IMG/VR virus record: IMGVR_UViG_3300029922_000022
Strand: one strand, 5' to 3'
Origin: an uncultured virus (IMG/VR IMGVR_UViG_3300029922_000022)
Lineage: Duplodnaviria > Heunggongvirae > Uroviricota > Caudoviricetes
DNA: 61,209 nt
This document shows positions 38,472-47,655 of the stretch, one piece after another. A program made the position numbers and the translations under genes. The notes below the pieces were generated by a model that made no database searches, was not told where the DNA came from, and saw only the letters and a program-made list of their open reading frames with translations. Each line of letters opens with the position of its first letter. Position 1 is the stretch's first letter.

Positions 38472-38803
38472 ATGTTATATTTTTTAGAGTTTATTAATAT
38501 TTCTAATTCTTCTTTATTACTAGACCAAAATTTTAAATCTGAAAAATTAAAGCTTCTATCACCATCTTTATTAAACATAGTTACAATCAAATCTGGTATT
38601 ATTTTTAAATCAAATCTAATCACATAAAATTTTTCAGTTCCTCCGTGAGATATATAAGTACTTTCAATTTTACCAATATTTGATTTTATAAACTCATAAA
38701 AAACTTTACTACTAAATGAAAACTCCACTTCATTAATTATAACATAATCTCCAATTTTTGGTGATGTACTAATATTTTCAAATAATTTAAATTTTGTTAT
38801 CAT
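38468..38803 (-). CDS. Small SH3/KOW-like protein, leader MITKFKLFE, C-terminal KYNI
   Basis: KIGDYVI; WSSNKEELEILINSKKYNI. Confidence 0.72.
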   Translation of the reverse strand: MITKFKLFENISTSPKIGDYVIINEVEFSFSSKVFYEFIKSNIGKIESTYISHGGTEKFYVIRFDLKIIPDLIVTMFNKDGDRSFNFSDLKFWSSNKEELEILINSKKYNI

Positions 38804-39066
38804 ATATTATATTTTTGAGTATTTATCATCAATTCTAATTCTTCTTTATTTTCAGACCATAATAAAATATCTTCTATATCAATACATATTTTACCTCCAT
38901 CATATGAAAACCAGTAATGATCACCTCCAGAAATATTATATAACTTTCCTATTTCATATGGCTTAACTTTCACATAACTATTAGTATGATTTTTATCTGT
39001 TGTTATAAAATCACCTATTTTTAATCGTCTATTTATTGATTCAAATAATTTAAATTTTATTATCAT
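38800..39066 (-). CDS. Small SH3/KOW-like protein, leader MIIKFKLFE, C-terminal KYNI
   Basis: KIGDFI; WSENKEELELMINTQKYNI. Confidence 0.72.
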   Translation of the reverse strand: MIIKFKLFESINRRLKIGDFITTDKNHTNSYVKVKPYEIGKLYNISGGDHYWFSYDGGKICIDIEDILLWSENKEELELMINTQKYNI

Positions 39067-39068
39067 AA

Positions 39069-39455
39069 TTAAAAATCTGGCTTTATTTCTGTATTCGAAG
39101 GTAATTCTGCACCTTCGGAATTTTCTGTTGATATTTTATCTCCAGTTTTAATTTCAACCATATTGCTATCCGCCCAATCATAAATATCATCCCAAACAGA
39201 AGTACTTTCTTCAATTTTATCTTTATTTTTAGTCATTCTTTCTATTAATTCTTGTAATTTAACCCATGAATTTTGAGATGTTTGTTCAATTATTAAATCT
39301 TTTTGATTATTTAAAAAATTAATATAATTTTCATTAAATTTTGTTAATTCATTAATATTTTCATATAATGAATCATTCCAAATTTTGGAAATATCTAAAA
39401 TTAATTTCCAATTTAGCTCTTGTTGTTGCTCAAATATTTTAAATTTAGTAATCAT
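39069..39455 (-). CDS. Small protein, leader MITKFKIFE
   Basis: First gene of the array; WDDIYDWAD motif. Confidence 0.72.
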   Translation of the reverse strand: MITKFKIFEQQQELNWKLILDISKIWNDSLYENINELTKFNENYINFLNNQKDLIIEQTSQNSWVKLQELIERMTKNKDKIEESTSVWDDIYDWADSNMVEIKTGDKISTENSEGAELPSNTEIKPDF

Positions 39456-39538
39456 ATATACTATATATTAAATATATATATTGAAAATAAATACAACATA
39501 TTTATTTTTATATATAGTAAAAAATAAGTAAATTTTTA

Positions 39539-40858
39539 ATGCCAAATATAATAAGAATAAGAAATTTAGATACTGAAAACAATATAACTGGAGGACTTAT
39601 ATTTCCTGTTGATTATAGTGGAGATACCTCAAATCAAGGATATACATCTAATATTAAACAAATAAATTTAGATCAAATTAAAAATTTTGCACTTTCTAAT
39701 TATACTGGTGCAACAAGTGGTACTTCTGGAACATCTGGATTTAATGGTTCTTCTGGTAATAATGGAACTAGTGGAAGTTCTGGTATATCACCTTGTCATG
39801 GATATCAATCTAATATCATTGTGATATCAACTACTTACGTAGCACCAACAGCTTTAACTATAACAAGCATACCTAAAATTGAAAGTTTACCAATATCAAT
39901 ACCAACATCAGAAAATAGCGGAATTTGTTATATAACTACAGGAACTACAGGCGTAACTTTTTTTGTTACTGGTATGACAGGATTTACAGATTATTCATAT
40001 GAATGGTATTTAAATGACAATTTAGTTAATTTAGGTAATTTATATACATTATTATCACCAAATAATAATGATAAAGTATATTTAAATCAAGTAACATGTA
40101 ATAATGTTAATAATATAATGGTAGTTGGTTATTGTTCGGATTGTAATTCTGGTACGACAGGTACATTTAGATACAGAACAGATATATATAATTCATATTT
40201 AGAAATGTGTATGCAGTCTGGTTCTACTAATTATGTTTGGGTTCCAATAGTATCAAATACGTGGACTACAACAATTGCGCCTATAACTACAACTACTACA
40301 ACTACGGCGTCATCAACTACAACTACAACTACATCTTTACCAACTACTACAACTACAACTACATCATCATCTAATTTATTAGTGTTGAATGCTATTAATT
40401 TAATATCAGGAAATTTATGGTTCACTTTTAATCCAGGTTCTTTACCAATTACAGTATTAGGTAATCAATATTCAACAGATGGAGGTTTAACATTTACACC
40501 AGTATCAAATCAAACAGGAGGATATAGTCCAGTGAATTTCGGTAGTGCTACAAATTATCCAAGAGTACCATTAGTATTTAAAATTTATGATTATACAAAT
40601 AATAGATATTCAAATACTTATGCATACGATAATACATTAGTAACTACTACAACAACAAGTACAACAGCAGCTATGTTTCAATATACAATTATAAATAATA
40701 GTCAAAGTAATACTTACGCACATTGGATAAATTATAATCATGAAGATCAAAGTATATTATTAGAAAAACAAGGAGGTACAATAACAGTATGCTGTTATTC
40801 TGTTATACCTAATAGTTTACTAACATTTAGTTATGTAATAGGTTGTGAAGAAGTTTAA
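39539..40858 (+). CDS. Putative virion fibre/decoration protein with SGTSG repeats and a poly-Thr mucin-like tract
   Basis: MPNIIRIRN, (S/T)GxSG triplets, GTFRYRT..SYLEMCMQ.GS.NY.WV and Thr runs. Confidence 0.6.
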   Translation: MPNIIRIRNLDTENNITGGLIFPVDYSGDTSNQGYTSNIKQINLDQIKNFALSNYTGATSGTSGTSGFNGSSGNNGTSGSSGISPCHGYQSNIIVISTTYVAPTALTITSIPKIESLPISIPTSENSGICYITTGTTGVTFFVTGMTGFTDYSYEWYLNDNLVNLGNLYTLLSPNNNDKVYLNQVTCNNVNNIMVVGYCSDCNSGTTGTFRYRTDIYNSYLEMCMQSGSTNYVWVPIVSNTWTTTIAPITTTTTTTASSTTTTTTSLPTTTTTTTSSSNLLVLNAINLISGNLWFTFNPGSLPITVLGNQYSTDGGLTFTPVSNQTGGYSPVNFGSATNYPRVPLVFKIYDYTNNRYSNTYAYDNTLVTTTTTSTTAAMFQYTIINNSQSNTYAHWINYNHEDQSILLEKQGGTITVCCYSVIPNSLLTFSYVIGCEEV

Positions 40859-40892
40859 TAGTTACACAATTAATAAAAATTAAATTGAATTA

Positions 40893-41732
40893 ATGCCAAA
40901 TATTATAAGAATTCGAAATTTTGAAAAAGAAAATTATTTAAATAATAATCTTATTTTGCCTGTTGATCATATAACATATGGCACGGTTAGTAAGAAAATA
41001 AATTTATATCAAATAAATGATTATATATTTTCTGGATTTACTGAATCTAGTTCAAGTGGCACAAATGGTACAACAGGTATTGATGGAGTTATTGGTATAA
41101 GTGGACAAGATGGTACATCAGGAATGTATTCATCATCAGGCTTAACACATGAGGTTAAAATATTAAATTATTGTGATGAATGTAATTCAGGAATAACTGG
41201 TACATTTAGATATAGAACTAATCAAAATAATTCTTATTTAGAAATGTGTATGCAAATAGGTAGCAATAATTACTCATGGGTTAATTGTATTTCTAATACT
41301 ACAACTACTATTGCTCCGACAACTACAACTACTACTATTGCTCCGACAACTACAACTACTACTATTGCTCCGACAACTACAACTACTACTATTGCTCCGA
41401 CAACTACAACTACTACTATTGCTCCGACAACTACAACTACAACGACTTCTACTCCATATTATTATTATGGTGGATCAGCTAGTGGATTTGCATCTAATTC
41501 TACATTAGCTTGTACTTCATTTTCAATAGGTAGATTTTATTATACTACTGCGTCATCAATAATAATAAATACAACCATATTATATGATGATTTTACATTA
41601 ACAACTCCAATAACAGGACACTCTGATAGTACAAATGATGGATATTTATCATTAGAATTAAGTGGATTAGTACCTAAAATTTGGATACATTTAGATAATA
41701 CTGGATTAATAATTGGAACAGGATTATGTTAA
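40893..41732 (+). CDS. Paralog of 39539..40858 with (TTTTTIAPT)x5
   Basis: Same N-terminus and FRYRT/MCMQ block. Confidence 0.6.
   Translation: MPNIIRIRNFEKENYLNNNLILPVDHITYGTVSKKINLYQINDYIFSGFTESSSSGTNGTTGIDGVIGISGQDGTSGMYSSSGLTHEVKILNYCDECNSGITGTFRYRTNQNNSYLEMCMQIGSNNYSWVNCISNTTTTIAPTTTTTTIAPTTTTTTIAPTTTTTTIAPTTTTTTIAPTTTTTTTSTPYYYYGGSASGFASNSTLACTSFSIGRFYYTTASSIIINTTILYDDFTLTTPITGHSDSTNDGYLSLELSGLVPKIWIHLDNTGLIIGTGLC
41298..41440 (+). repeat. 27-nt tandem repeat, ~5 copies
   Basis: attgctccg recurs at 41310, 41337, 41364, 41391 and 41418. Confidence 0.9.
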
Positions 41733-41794
41733 TAAAAATAAAATATAAACTATTTGATTATTTTTTAATATATTAAATAAAAATAATTTAATTT

Positions 41795-42427
41795 ATGACT
41801 AATCCTAAAGTTAGTGTTATTATGGCATCATATTTATCTGCATATCCAGGTGGAGCTTATAATAGAGATAAAAAATTTATACGTGCTGTAAATAGTTTTA
41901 AAAAACAAACTTATAAAAATATAGAATTGATTATAGTATCTGACGGCTGTCAATTGACTATTGACCTATATAATAAGTATTTTTCTTCTGATATAAATAT
42001 AAAATTAATACAAATTCCTAAACAGCAATTATATTCAGGTGAAATGAGAAATATCGCATTCCAACTTGCAGATGGAGATATAATATCATATTTAGATTCA
42101 GATGATATTTTAGGACCTAATCATATTCAAAAAATAGTGGAACAATTTGATTTAGATAACTATGATTTTGTTTTTTATAATGATTATCTAGTACTCGATA
42201 GTACATTTAAAAAATTACAAATGAGAATTGTTGAGCCTCGTTGGGCTAGTATTGGAACAAGTTCAATAAGTCATAAAAATTTAAAAGAGTTAAATAACTG
42301 TTGGTCAGAAGGTTATGGTCACGACTGGTTATTTATTTTTAAATTAGTAAGTATGGGATTAAAATTTAAAAAATTGAAAATAGTTCCAGAATACTTGGTT
42401 GCCCATTATAGCAATGCAGATTATTAA
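41795..42427 (+). CDS. GT2 glycosyltransferase
   Basis: VSVIM, QTY.N.ELIIVSDG, RN.A, YLDSDD and HDW motifs. Confidence 0.85.
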   Translation: MTNPKVSVIMASYLSAYPGGAYNRDKKFIRAVNSFKKQTYKNIELIIVSDGCQLTIDLYNKYFSSDINIKLIQIPKQQLYSGEMRNIAFQLADGDIISYLDSDDILGPNHIQKIVEQFDLDNYDFVFYNDYLVLDSTFKKLQMRIVEPRWASIGTSSISHKNLKELNNCWSEGYGHDWLFIFKLVSMGLKFKKLKIVPEYLVAHYSNADY

Positions 42428-42447
42428 AAATAAACAGTTTATAAATT

Positions 42448-42714
42448 ATGACATATGAAGAATATATAAAAGATAATCTAATAAATTCTGTTTATATAGA
42501 TGATGATCCTTCTAAAGGTTTTATAGAATATTTAGAAGAACCTCATTATTCTGATGATTATGTAAAATATATTTCAGATAATATGGTGAATCATATAAAT
42601 ATTACAGCAGCACGAGTAGAATATGAATTAGATCAAATTAACAATAAACTTAAATATGATAGAATAAAAAAATTAAATAAATTAAAACAAATTTCTGAAT
42701 ATGAAAACAATTGA
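42448..42714 (+). CDS. Small protein resembling the scaffold repeat, with RxxKLxxL tail
   Basis: YEEYIKDNL and YVKYISDNM resemble YSEYIAENL; DRIKKLNKL. Confidence 0.55.
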   Translation: MTYEEYIKDNLINSVYIDDDPSKGFIEYLEEPHYSDDYVKYISDNMVNHINITAARVEYELDQINNKLKYDRIKKLNKLKQISEYENN

Positions 42715-42922
42715 AAAATACGAAAAAACTGATACTAAAAAATTGAAGTTGATGTTTAAAAAATATGAAGAATTATTAGAAAAAAATGAGTTAGAAATTG
42801 ACAAATTAAAATATGAAAATAAAAATTATTTAAATTTAAAAGAAATTAGTGATGATTATGAAATTGATATAAATATAATTAGAATGATATTAACTAAAAG
42901 GATGTGGTATCAAGAAAATTAG
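42701..42922 (+). CDS. Hypothetical protein
   Basis: 73-aa ORF followed by a terminator. Confidence 0.55.
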   Translation: MKTIEKYEKTDTKKLKLMFKKYEELLEKNELEIDKLKYENKNYLNLKEISDDYEIDINIIRMILTKRMWYQEN

Positions 42923-42923
42923 T

Positions 42924-42960
42924 AAAAAAGAGTGATAATTTAAATTATTACTCTTTTTTT
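42924..42960. terminator. Intrinsic terminator
   Basis: aaaaagagtgataat...attattactctttttt. Confidence 0.7.
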
Positions 42961-42995
42961 ATTTTTATGAAGATGATTTTTTTATATATAATAAT

Positions 42996-44261
42996 ATGAA
43001 AAAGTTGACAACACAAGAATTTATTGAAAAATCAAATATTGTGCACAATTATAAATATGATTATTCATTAGTTGATTATAAAAATAATAGAACTGATGTT
43101 AAAATTATTTGTCCTGAGCACGGAGAATTTAAACAGAAACCTGATAAACACATAAATGAAAAACATGGTTGTCAAATATGCGGAGGTACATTAAAATTAA
43201 CAACTAAAAAATTTATTAAAAAATCCGAAGATATACATGGAAATAAATATGATTATTCATTAGTTGACTATAAAGGATCTCATAATGAAGTTAAAATAAT
43301 ATGTCCAATTCATGGTAAATTTGAACAATTACCTTATGTTCATTTAGAAGGATGTGGATGCCAATTATGCGGAATAACAAAAAATGATTTTATAAAAAAC
43401 TCTAAAAAAATTCACAATTATAAATATGATTATAGTTTAACTAATTATACAAACTCATACACTAAAGTTAAAATAATATGTCCAATACATGGCGAATTTG
43501 AACAATTTCCTCAAGCACATTTAGATTTTGGTTGTACTTTGTGCAATAAACAAGAAAATTTTATACAAAAATCTAAAATAAAACATAACAATAAATATGA
43601 TTATTCATTAGTTGATTATGTAAGTAAATATAATGAAGTTAAAATAATATGTCCAGTACATGGTGAATTCGAACAAGAACCAGTATATCACATTAGAGGT
43701 AATGGTTGTAAAAAATGCGCTGATGATAAAAAAAAATCAAATACAGAATTTTTTATAAAAAAAGCTAAAAAACTACATGAAAATAAATATGATTATTCAT
43801 TAGTTGATTATATTGGAGTTTTTAATAAAGTAAAAATAATTTGTTCAAAACATGGTATATTTCAATTGACACCTAATGATCATATAAATTGTAATAAAAG
43901 AGGATGTCCATATTGTAAAGAGAGTAAAGGAGAAAATATAATTTTTAAATATTTAATAAAAAATAATATATTTTTTAGAAGACAAGAAAAATTCGAAAAA
44001 TGTATCAATAAATTAAAATTATCATTTGATTTTTATCTACCTACACACAAAATATGTATAGAATATGACGGAATTCAACATTATGAATCTATTGATTATT
44101 TTGGTGGAGATAAAAAATTAAAAAATACAAAAATAAATGATAATATAAAAACGAATTTTTGTTCTAATAATAATATTAAATTAATTAGAATTAAATATGA
44201 TGAAGATATTTCAGAAAAATTAAATAATGAATTATCAGATATATTAAAATTTAATATATAA
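42996..44261 (+). CDS. Endonuclease with five YDYS..ICP.HG.F.Q.P..H..GC..C repeats and a PD-(D/E)XK domain
   Basis: SKGE, FDFYLP and IEYDGIQH motifs. Confidence 0.8.
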   Translation: MKKLTTQEFIEKSNIVHNYKYDYSLVDYKNNRTDVKIICPEHGEFKQKPDKHINEKHGCQICGGTLKLTTKKFIKKSEDIHGNKYDYSLVDYKGSHNEVKIICPIHGKFEQLPYVHLEGCGCQLCGITKNDFIKNSKKIHNYKYDYSLTNYTNSYTKVKIICPIHGEFEQFPQAHLDFGCTLCNKQENFIQKSKIKHNNKYDYSLVDYVSKYNEVKIICPVHGEFEQEPVYHIRGNGCKKCADDKKKSNTEFFIKKAKKLHENKYDYSLVDYIGVFNKVKIICSKHGIFQLTPNDHINCNKRGCPYCKESKGENIIFKYLIKNNIFFRRQEKFEKCINKLKLSFDFYLPTHKICIEYDGIQHYESIDYFGGDKKLKNTKINDNIKTNFCSNNNIKLIRIKYDEDISEKLNNELSDILKFNI

Positions 44262-44277
44262 AAATAAAATAAAAAAT

Positions 44278-46980
44278 ATGTCAACTCCATTATATAAGAG
44301 TCTTAAATCACGTGGTACTTCATTTTATGCATTTCCTTCTGCATCTTCAGATATAAATTTAGCAAATTATAATGATTATTACAATTTAAATTTTACAAAA
44401 TTTGCATTATTAAATATTCCTAAGCAAACATTATCAAATAATAGTATGAATGATGGTGTTATGGAATTTATACCAAAATCAAATTCAGGTGATGCACCTT
44501 TTTATTGTGATGATCCAAACACATCAAAACCTACATTATTATCAGATCAATTAGTTGAATCTTTGAGAAATTATGTTGCGAATTATGATACAGTTTTACA
44601 TGAAAGTAGAATAAATACAAATACTGATTTTTATAATATTGCTGAAAGATATACACCAACTGAAGAAATTTTCTGGAAATGGGTCAGAAAATTAAATATG
44701 ATAGATTTTGAGCCAGCGGTACATAAAGTCGATTGGGATAAAAATTTAACTGATTTTGATAATACTAATAATTCAACTATTAATAATACAGATTATTTTC
44801 GTGAATATTTATGGAAAGAAAGAGAAATTATTGATTATAGCACTACTTGGGTAGAAGAAAGTACAGATGATTATCAAGGTAGTGATGGATATCATACTCC
44901 AAAATTCACAATATCAGGTCAAACCGCAAAATTTAAAGTTGGAGATAAAGTTATTTTAAATAGTAATATTTCTGCTGATATATCTAATTTACCTGCAATA
45001 ACGTTTGGTTATTCTTATAAAATAGCATATATAGAATTTTCAAGTGGTAATACTTATATATGGATAGATACAAATTTTCAAGGTCAAAGTGAAACTTCAC
45101 TTATAGGATCTGTATTCGATTTAGATTATCATAAATTAATTGAATATGTAGGTGAAATTAATCAAATAACTAATATACAAACTGCATCAAGAGTTGGTCA
45201 AGAAGTAACTGCATATATTCCAAATCAAGGAGGAGAGACTCCTACTATTTTATTTGGAATAAGAAGTAATACAAATTATTATCCTAATTTGGAAATACCA
45301 ATACTATCAGATGAAATTCAGACTGAAATTATTGGAGCTGAAAGTTTAAATTCAATAATAAGAACAAATCCTCAAGATTATCCTGGATCATTTTATGGAC
45401 AATTTGATACTGCCGATAATACATATATATGCTCAGATGGAGATAATATGAGATATCAAGGTGATTATTATGGTATAAATTTAACTAATAATACAGGATT
45501 AAATGCTGATGATTATATTGAAAAATTAACAGATTTTAATTCTAATGATATTGATGGAGTTTTTCTTGATGTAGATAGAACTCATTATTATAAAATGAAT
45601 ATCGCTGGATTGGAGTGTAAAAATTTTGATGAATTTAGTTCATTATCAATTCAAGGACAAGCACCTAAAGATTTTGAATTTAATGCAATATTATGGTATT
45701 ATGAATTAGTTGAAAAAGATAATAATAATAATATTAACTCGTATGTTAATTTATATGGTATTGAATTTTTAAATAATCCTGATAATGATGATGATAATTT
45801 CGCAACACAAATAACACCATACAATAAATTAGTTACAAATGGAGTTCAAGATGGATTATCTTATATGTTTAATTTGAATATTAATTACAATATAGATAAT
45901 GATGTTGAACCGCTAACTTATGATCCAACAACTATTTATAATATGTTTGGATTTGATATGTATAATGAAATGATGAAACGATTTTATCAAGTAAATGAAA
46001 ACTTTATTAATATTATAAATCAATTTGTTAGAATGAATTTGGATATACAAGAAATAAAAAGTTTAATTTATTCACAAACAGATATAGATGCTTTAAAAAG
46101 TCAAATGTCTAACATGCAAAATCTTTTAACATTATATTCAACTAATCAATTTGTTGATTCTGATTCAACTGCGATATCAGTTGATTATTCTGGAATATAT
46201 CCTAAATTAAAAATGAATGTTATAACTGTTGAATATGATGAAATAGAAAATATTAGTATATCAGAAGTTTATAATTATAACTTATCAAATACAGGAGCAT
46301 CTTATCCAATTTCAGCATCATTTACTAGTAATATGTTATTAAATATTATAAATGATAATATATCCACAAAAGGAGGTAATGCTATTATTATGTTAGATCA
46401 AGATCTTAAAAATAAACAAAAATTGGATATTTTAATTGAGCCTAAATATGCTCAATATATTCAAAAATTATATTTTAATATGATGTTTAATTATAATGAC
46501 ACATCATCAGAAATAAATATTTTTTATACAGATTTACCAAAAGATATAGTAACTGGAAAATATGTAAATTTAACACCAGAAAAATCTGTATTTGATGATA
46601 GTTTTTATTTAAATGAAAATATATATGTTAATTGTACTGATGTATATACAGGAAATACATTATGTGTTGAAGGAGAATATGTAGAATTAATATTAACAGA
46701 AGATATGTTTAAATCTGGTAATACTATATATGTACAAAATCTATATTTTAAAGACACATTTGGTAATGTAATAGATTATAGTGGCGCATATACAATAATG
46801 AATAAAGTTGGTATAAATATAACAATAAGCTTATTACAATCTTCTGTATGCGGATATATATCCATAGGACAGCCAAGAGTTAGTTATTATAGAGGATTAC
46901 AAGTTACTATACTTAGAGTAGATGGAACGAATACTTCTACATTTGCAGATAGATATAACATAACATATAAAATAATTTAA
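44278..46980 (+). CDS. Large putative virion structural protein (tail/baseplate region)
   Basis: 900-aa Asn/Asp/Thr-rich ORF in an operon with the gp6-like gene; no motif recognised. Confidence 0.5.
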   Translation: MSTPLYKSLKSRGTSFYAFPSASSDINLANYNDYYNLNFTKFALLNIPKQTLSNNSMNDGVMEFIPKSNSGDAPFYCDDPNTSKPTLLSDQLVESLRNYVANYDTVLHESRINTNTDFYNIAERYTPTEEIFWKWVRKLNMIDFEPAVHKVDWDKNLTDFDNTNNSTINNTDYFREYLWKEREIIDYSTTWVEESTDDYQGSDGYHTPKFTISGQTAKFKVGDKVILNSNISADISNLPAITFGYSYKIAYIEFSSGNTYIWIDTNFQGQSETSLIGSVFDLDYHKLIEYVGEINQITNIQTASRVGQEVTAYIPNQGGETPTILFGIRSNTNYYPNLEIPILSDEIQTEIIGAESLNSIIRTNPQDYPGSFYGQFDTADNTYICSDGDNMRYQGDYYGINLTNNTGLNADDYIEKLTDFNSNDIDGVFLDVDRTHYYKMNIAGLECKNFDEFSSLSIQGQAPKDFEFNAILWYYELVEKDNNNNINSYVNLYGIEFLNNPDNDDDNFATQITPYNKLVTNGVQDGLSYMFNLNINYNIDNDVEPLTYDPTTIYNMFGFDMYNEMMKRFYQVNENFINIINQFVRMNLDIQEIKSLIYSQTDIDALKSQMSNMQNLLTLYSTNQFVDSDSTAISVDYSGIYPKLKMNVITVEYDEIENISISEVYNYNLSNTGASYPISASFTSNMLLNIINDNISTKGGNAIIMLDQDLKNKQKLDILIEPKYAQYIQKLYFNMMFNYNDTSSEINIFYTDLPKDIVTGKYVNLTPEKSVFDDSFYLNENIYVNCTDVYTGNTLCVEGEYVELILTEDMFKSGNTIYVQNLYFKDTFGNVIDYSGAYTIMNKVGINITISLLQSSVCGYISIGQPRVSYYRGLQVTILRVDGTNTSTFADRYNITYKII

Positions 46981-46983
46981 CAT

Positions 46984-47634
46984 ATGAATATATCAATAGA
47001 AGATTTAGTTAATAAAATAAAAAACGTATTTGATACTACAAAAGTATTATCGGTAGATACAATTTATGAGAAAATTTTAAATTCAGAAGAATTAAGATTA
47101 GTAATATCAATAAATAAAATTTTATATGATGATATTAATATCATTTATACAAAAATAATATTTACAACTGATAATATAAAATCAAAAATAACTAAAAATT
47201 ATTTTACTTATTTATATGATATTAATTGTGAATATGTTAGAATTGAATTTTCAGATTTAGAAGATTTTGAAAATAAAATAAAAAATATATTTAAAGAAAA
47301 TAAATTTGGAGAAAATATTAAAATTTTATCACAATTTATTAAATCACCTGCGACATTAATTAATAAGTGGTTTGATAATAATGAAATTTCTAAGATATCA
47401 GTAACTAATGTTGATAATAAAAAAATATCTATAATGCCTTGTAAATCTATATATTTTAATTTTGAAATATCATTAAGTAATAATCAAATTGTAGATTTAA
47501 CTATCACAAAAAATGTAGATGATGAATATAATTTTAAATTTGAAATATTTAAAAAAATATATGAAGATAAAGAAGATAATCTTAAAAATTTAGTCGAAAC
47601 AATTGGAGAAAATTTAAAAAAATATATTAAATAA
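46984..47634 (+). CDS. Hypothetical protein
   Basis: 216-aa ORF in the operon. Confidence 0.7.
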   Translation: MNISIEDLVNKIKNVFDTTKVLSVDTIYEKILNSEELRLVISINKILYDDINIIYTKIIFTTDNIKSKITKNYFTYLYDINCEYVRIEFSDLEDFENKIKNIFKENKFGENIKILSQFIKSPATLINKWFDNNEISKISVTNVDNKKISIMPCKSIYFNFEISLSNNQIVDLTITKNVDDEYNFKFEIFKKIYEDKEDNLKNLVETIGENLKKYIK

Positions 47635-47655
47635 TTAAAAAAAAATATAAAAAGA

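Noticed and set aside
34405..39455. Integron or diversity-generating retroelement explaining the small-gene array
   Set aside because: No integrase, attC-like palindromes, reverse transcriptase or template/variable repeat pair is visible in the window
40231..41508. ORFs 40231..40425 (-) and 41311..41508 (+)
   Set aside because: Shadows of the poly-Thr repeats
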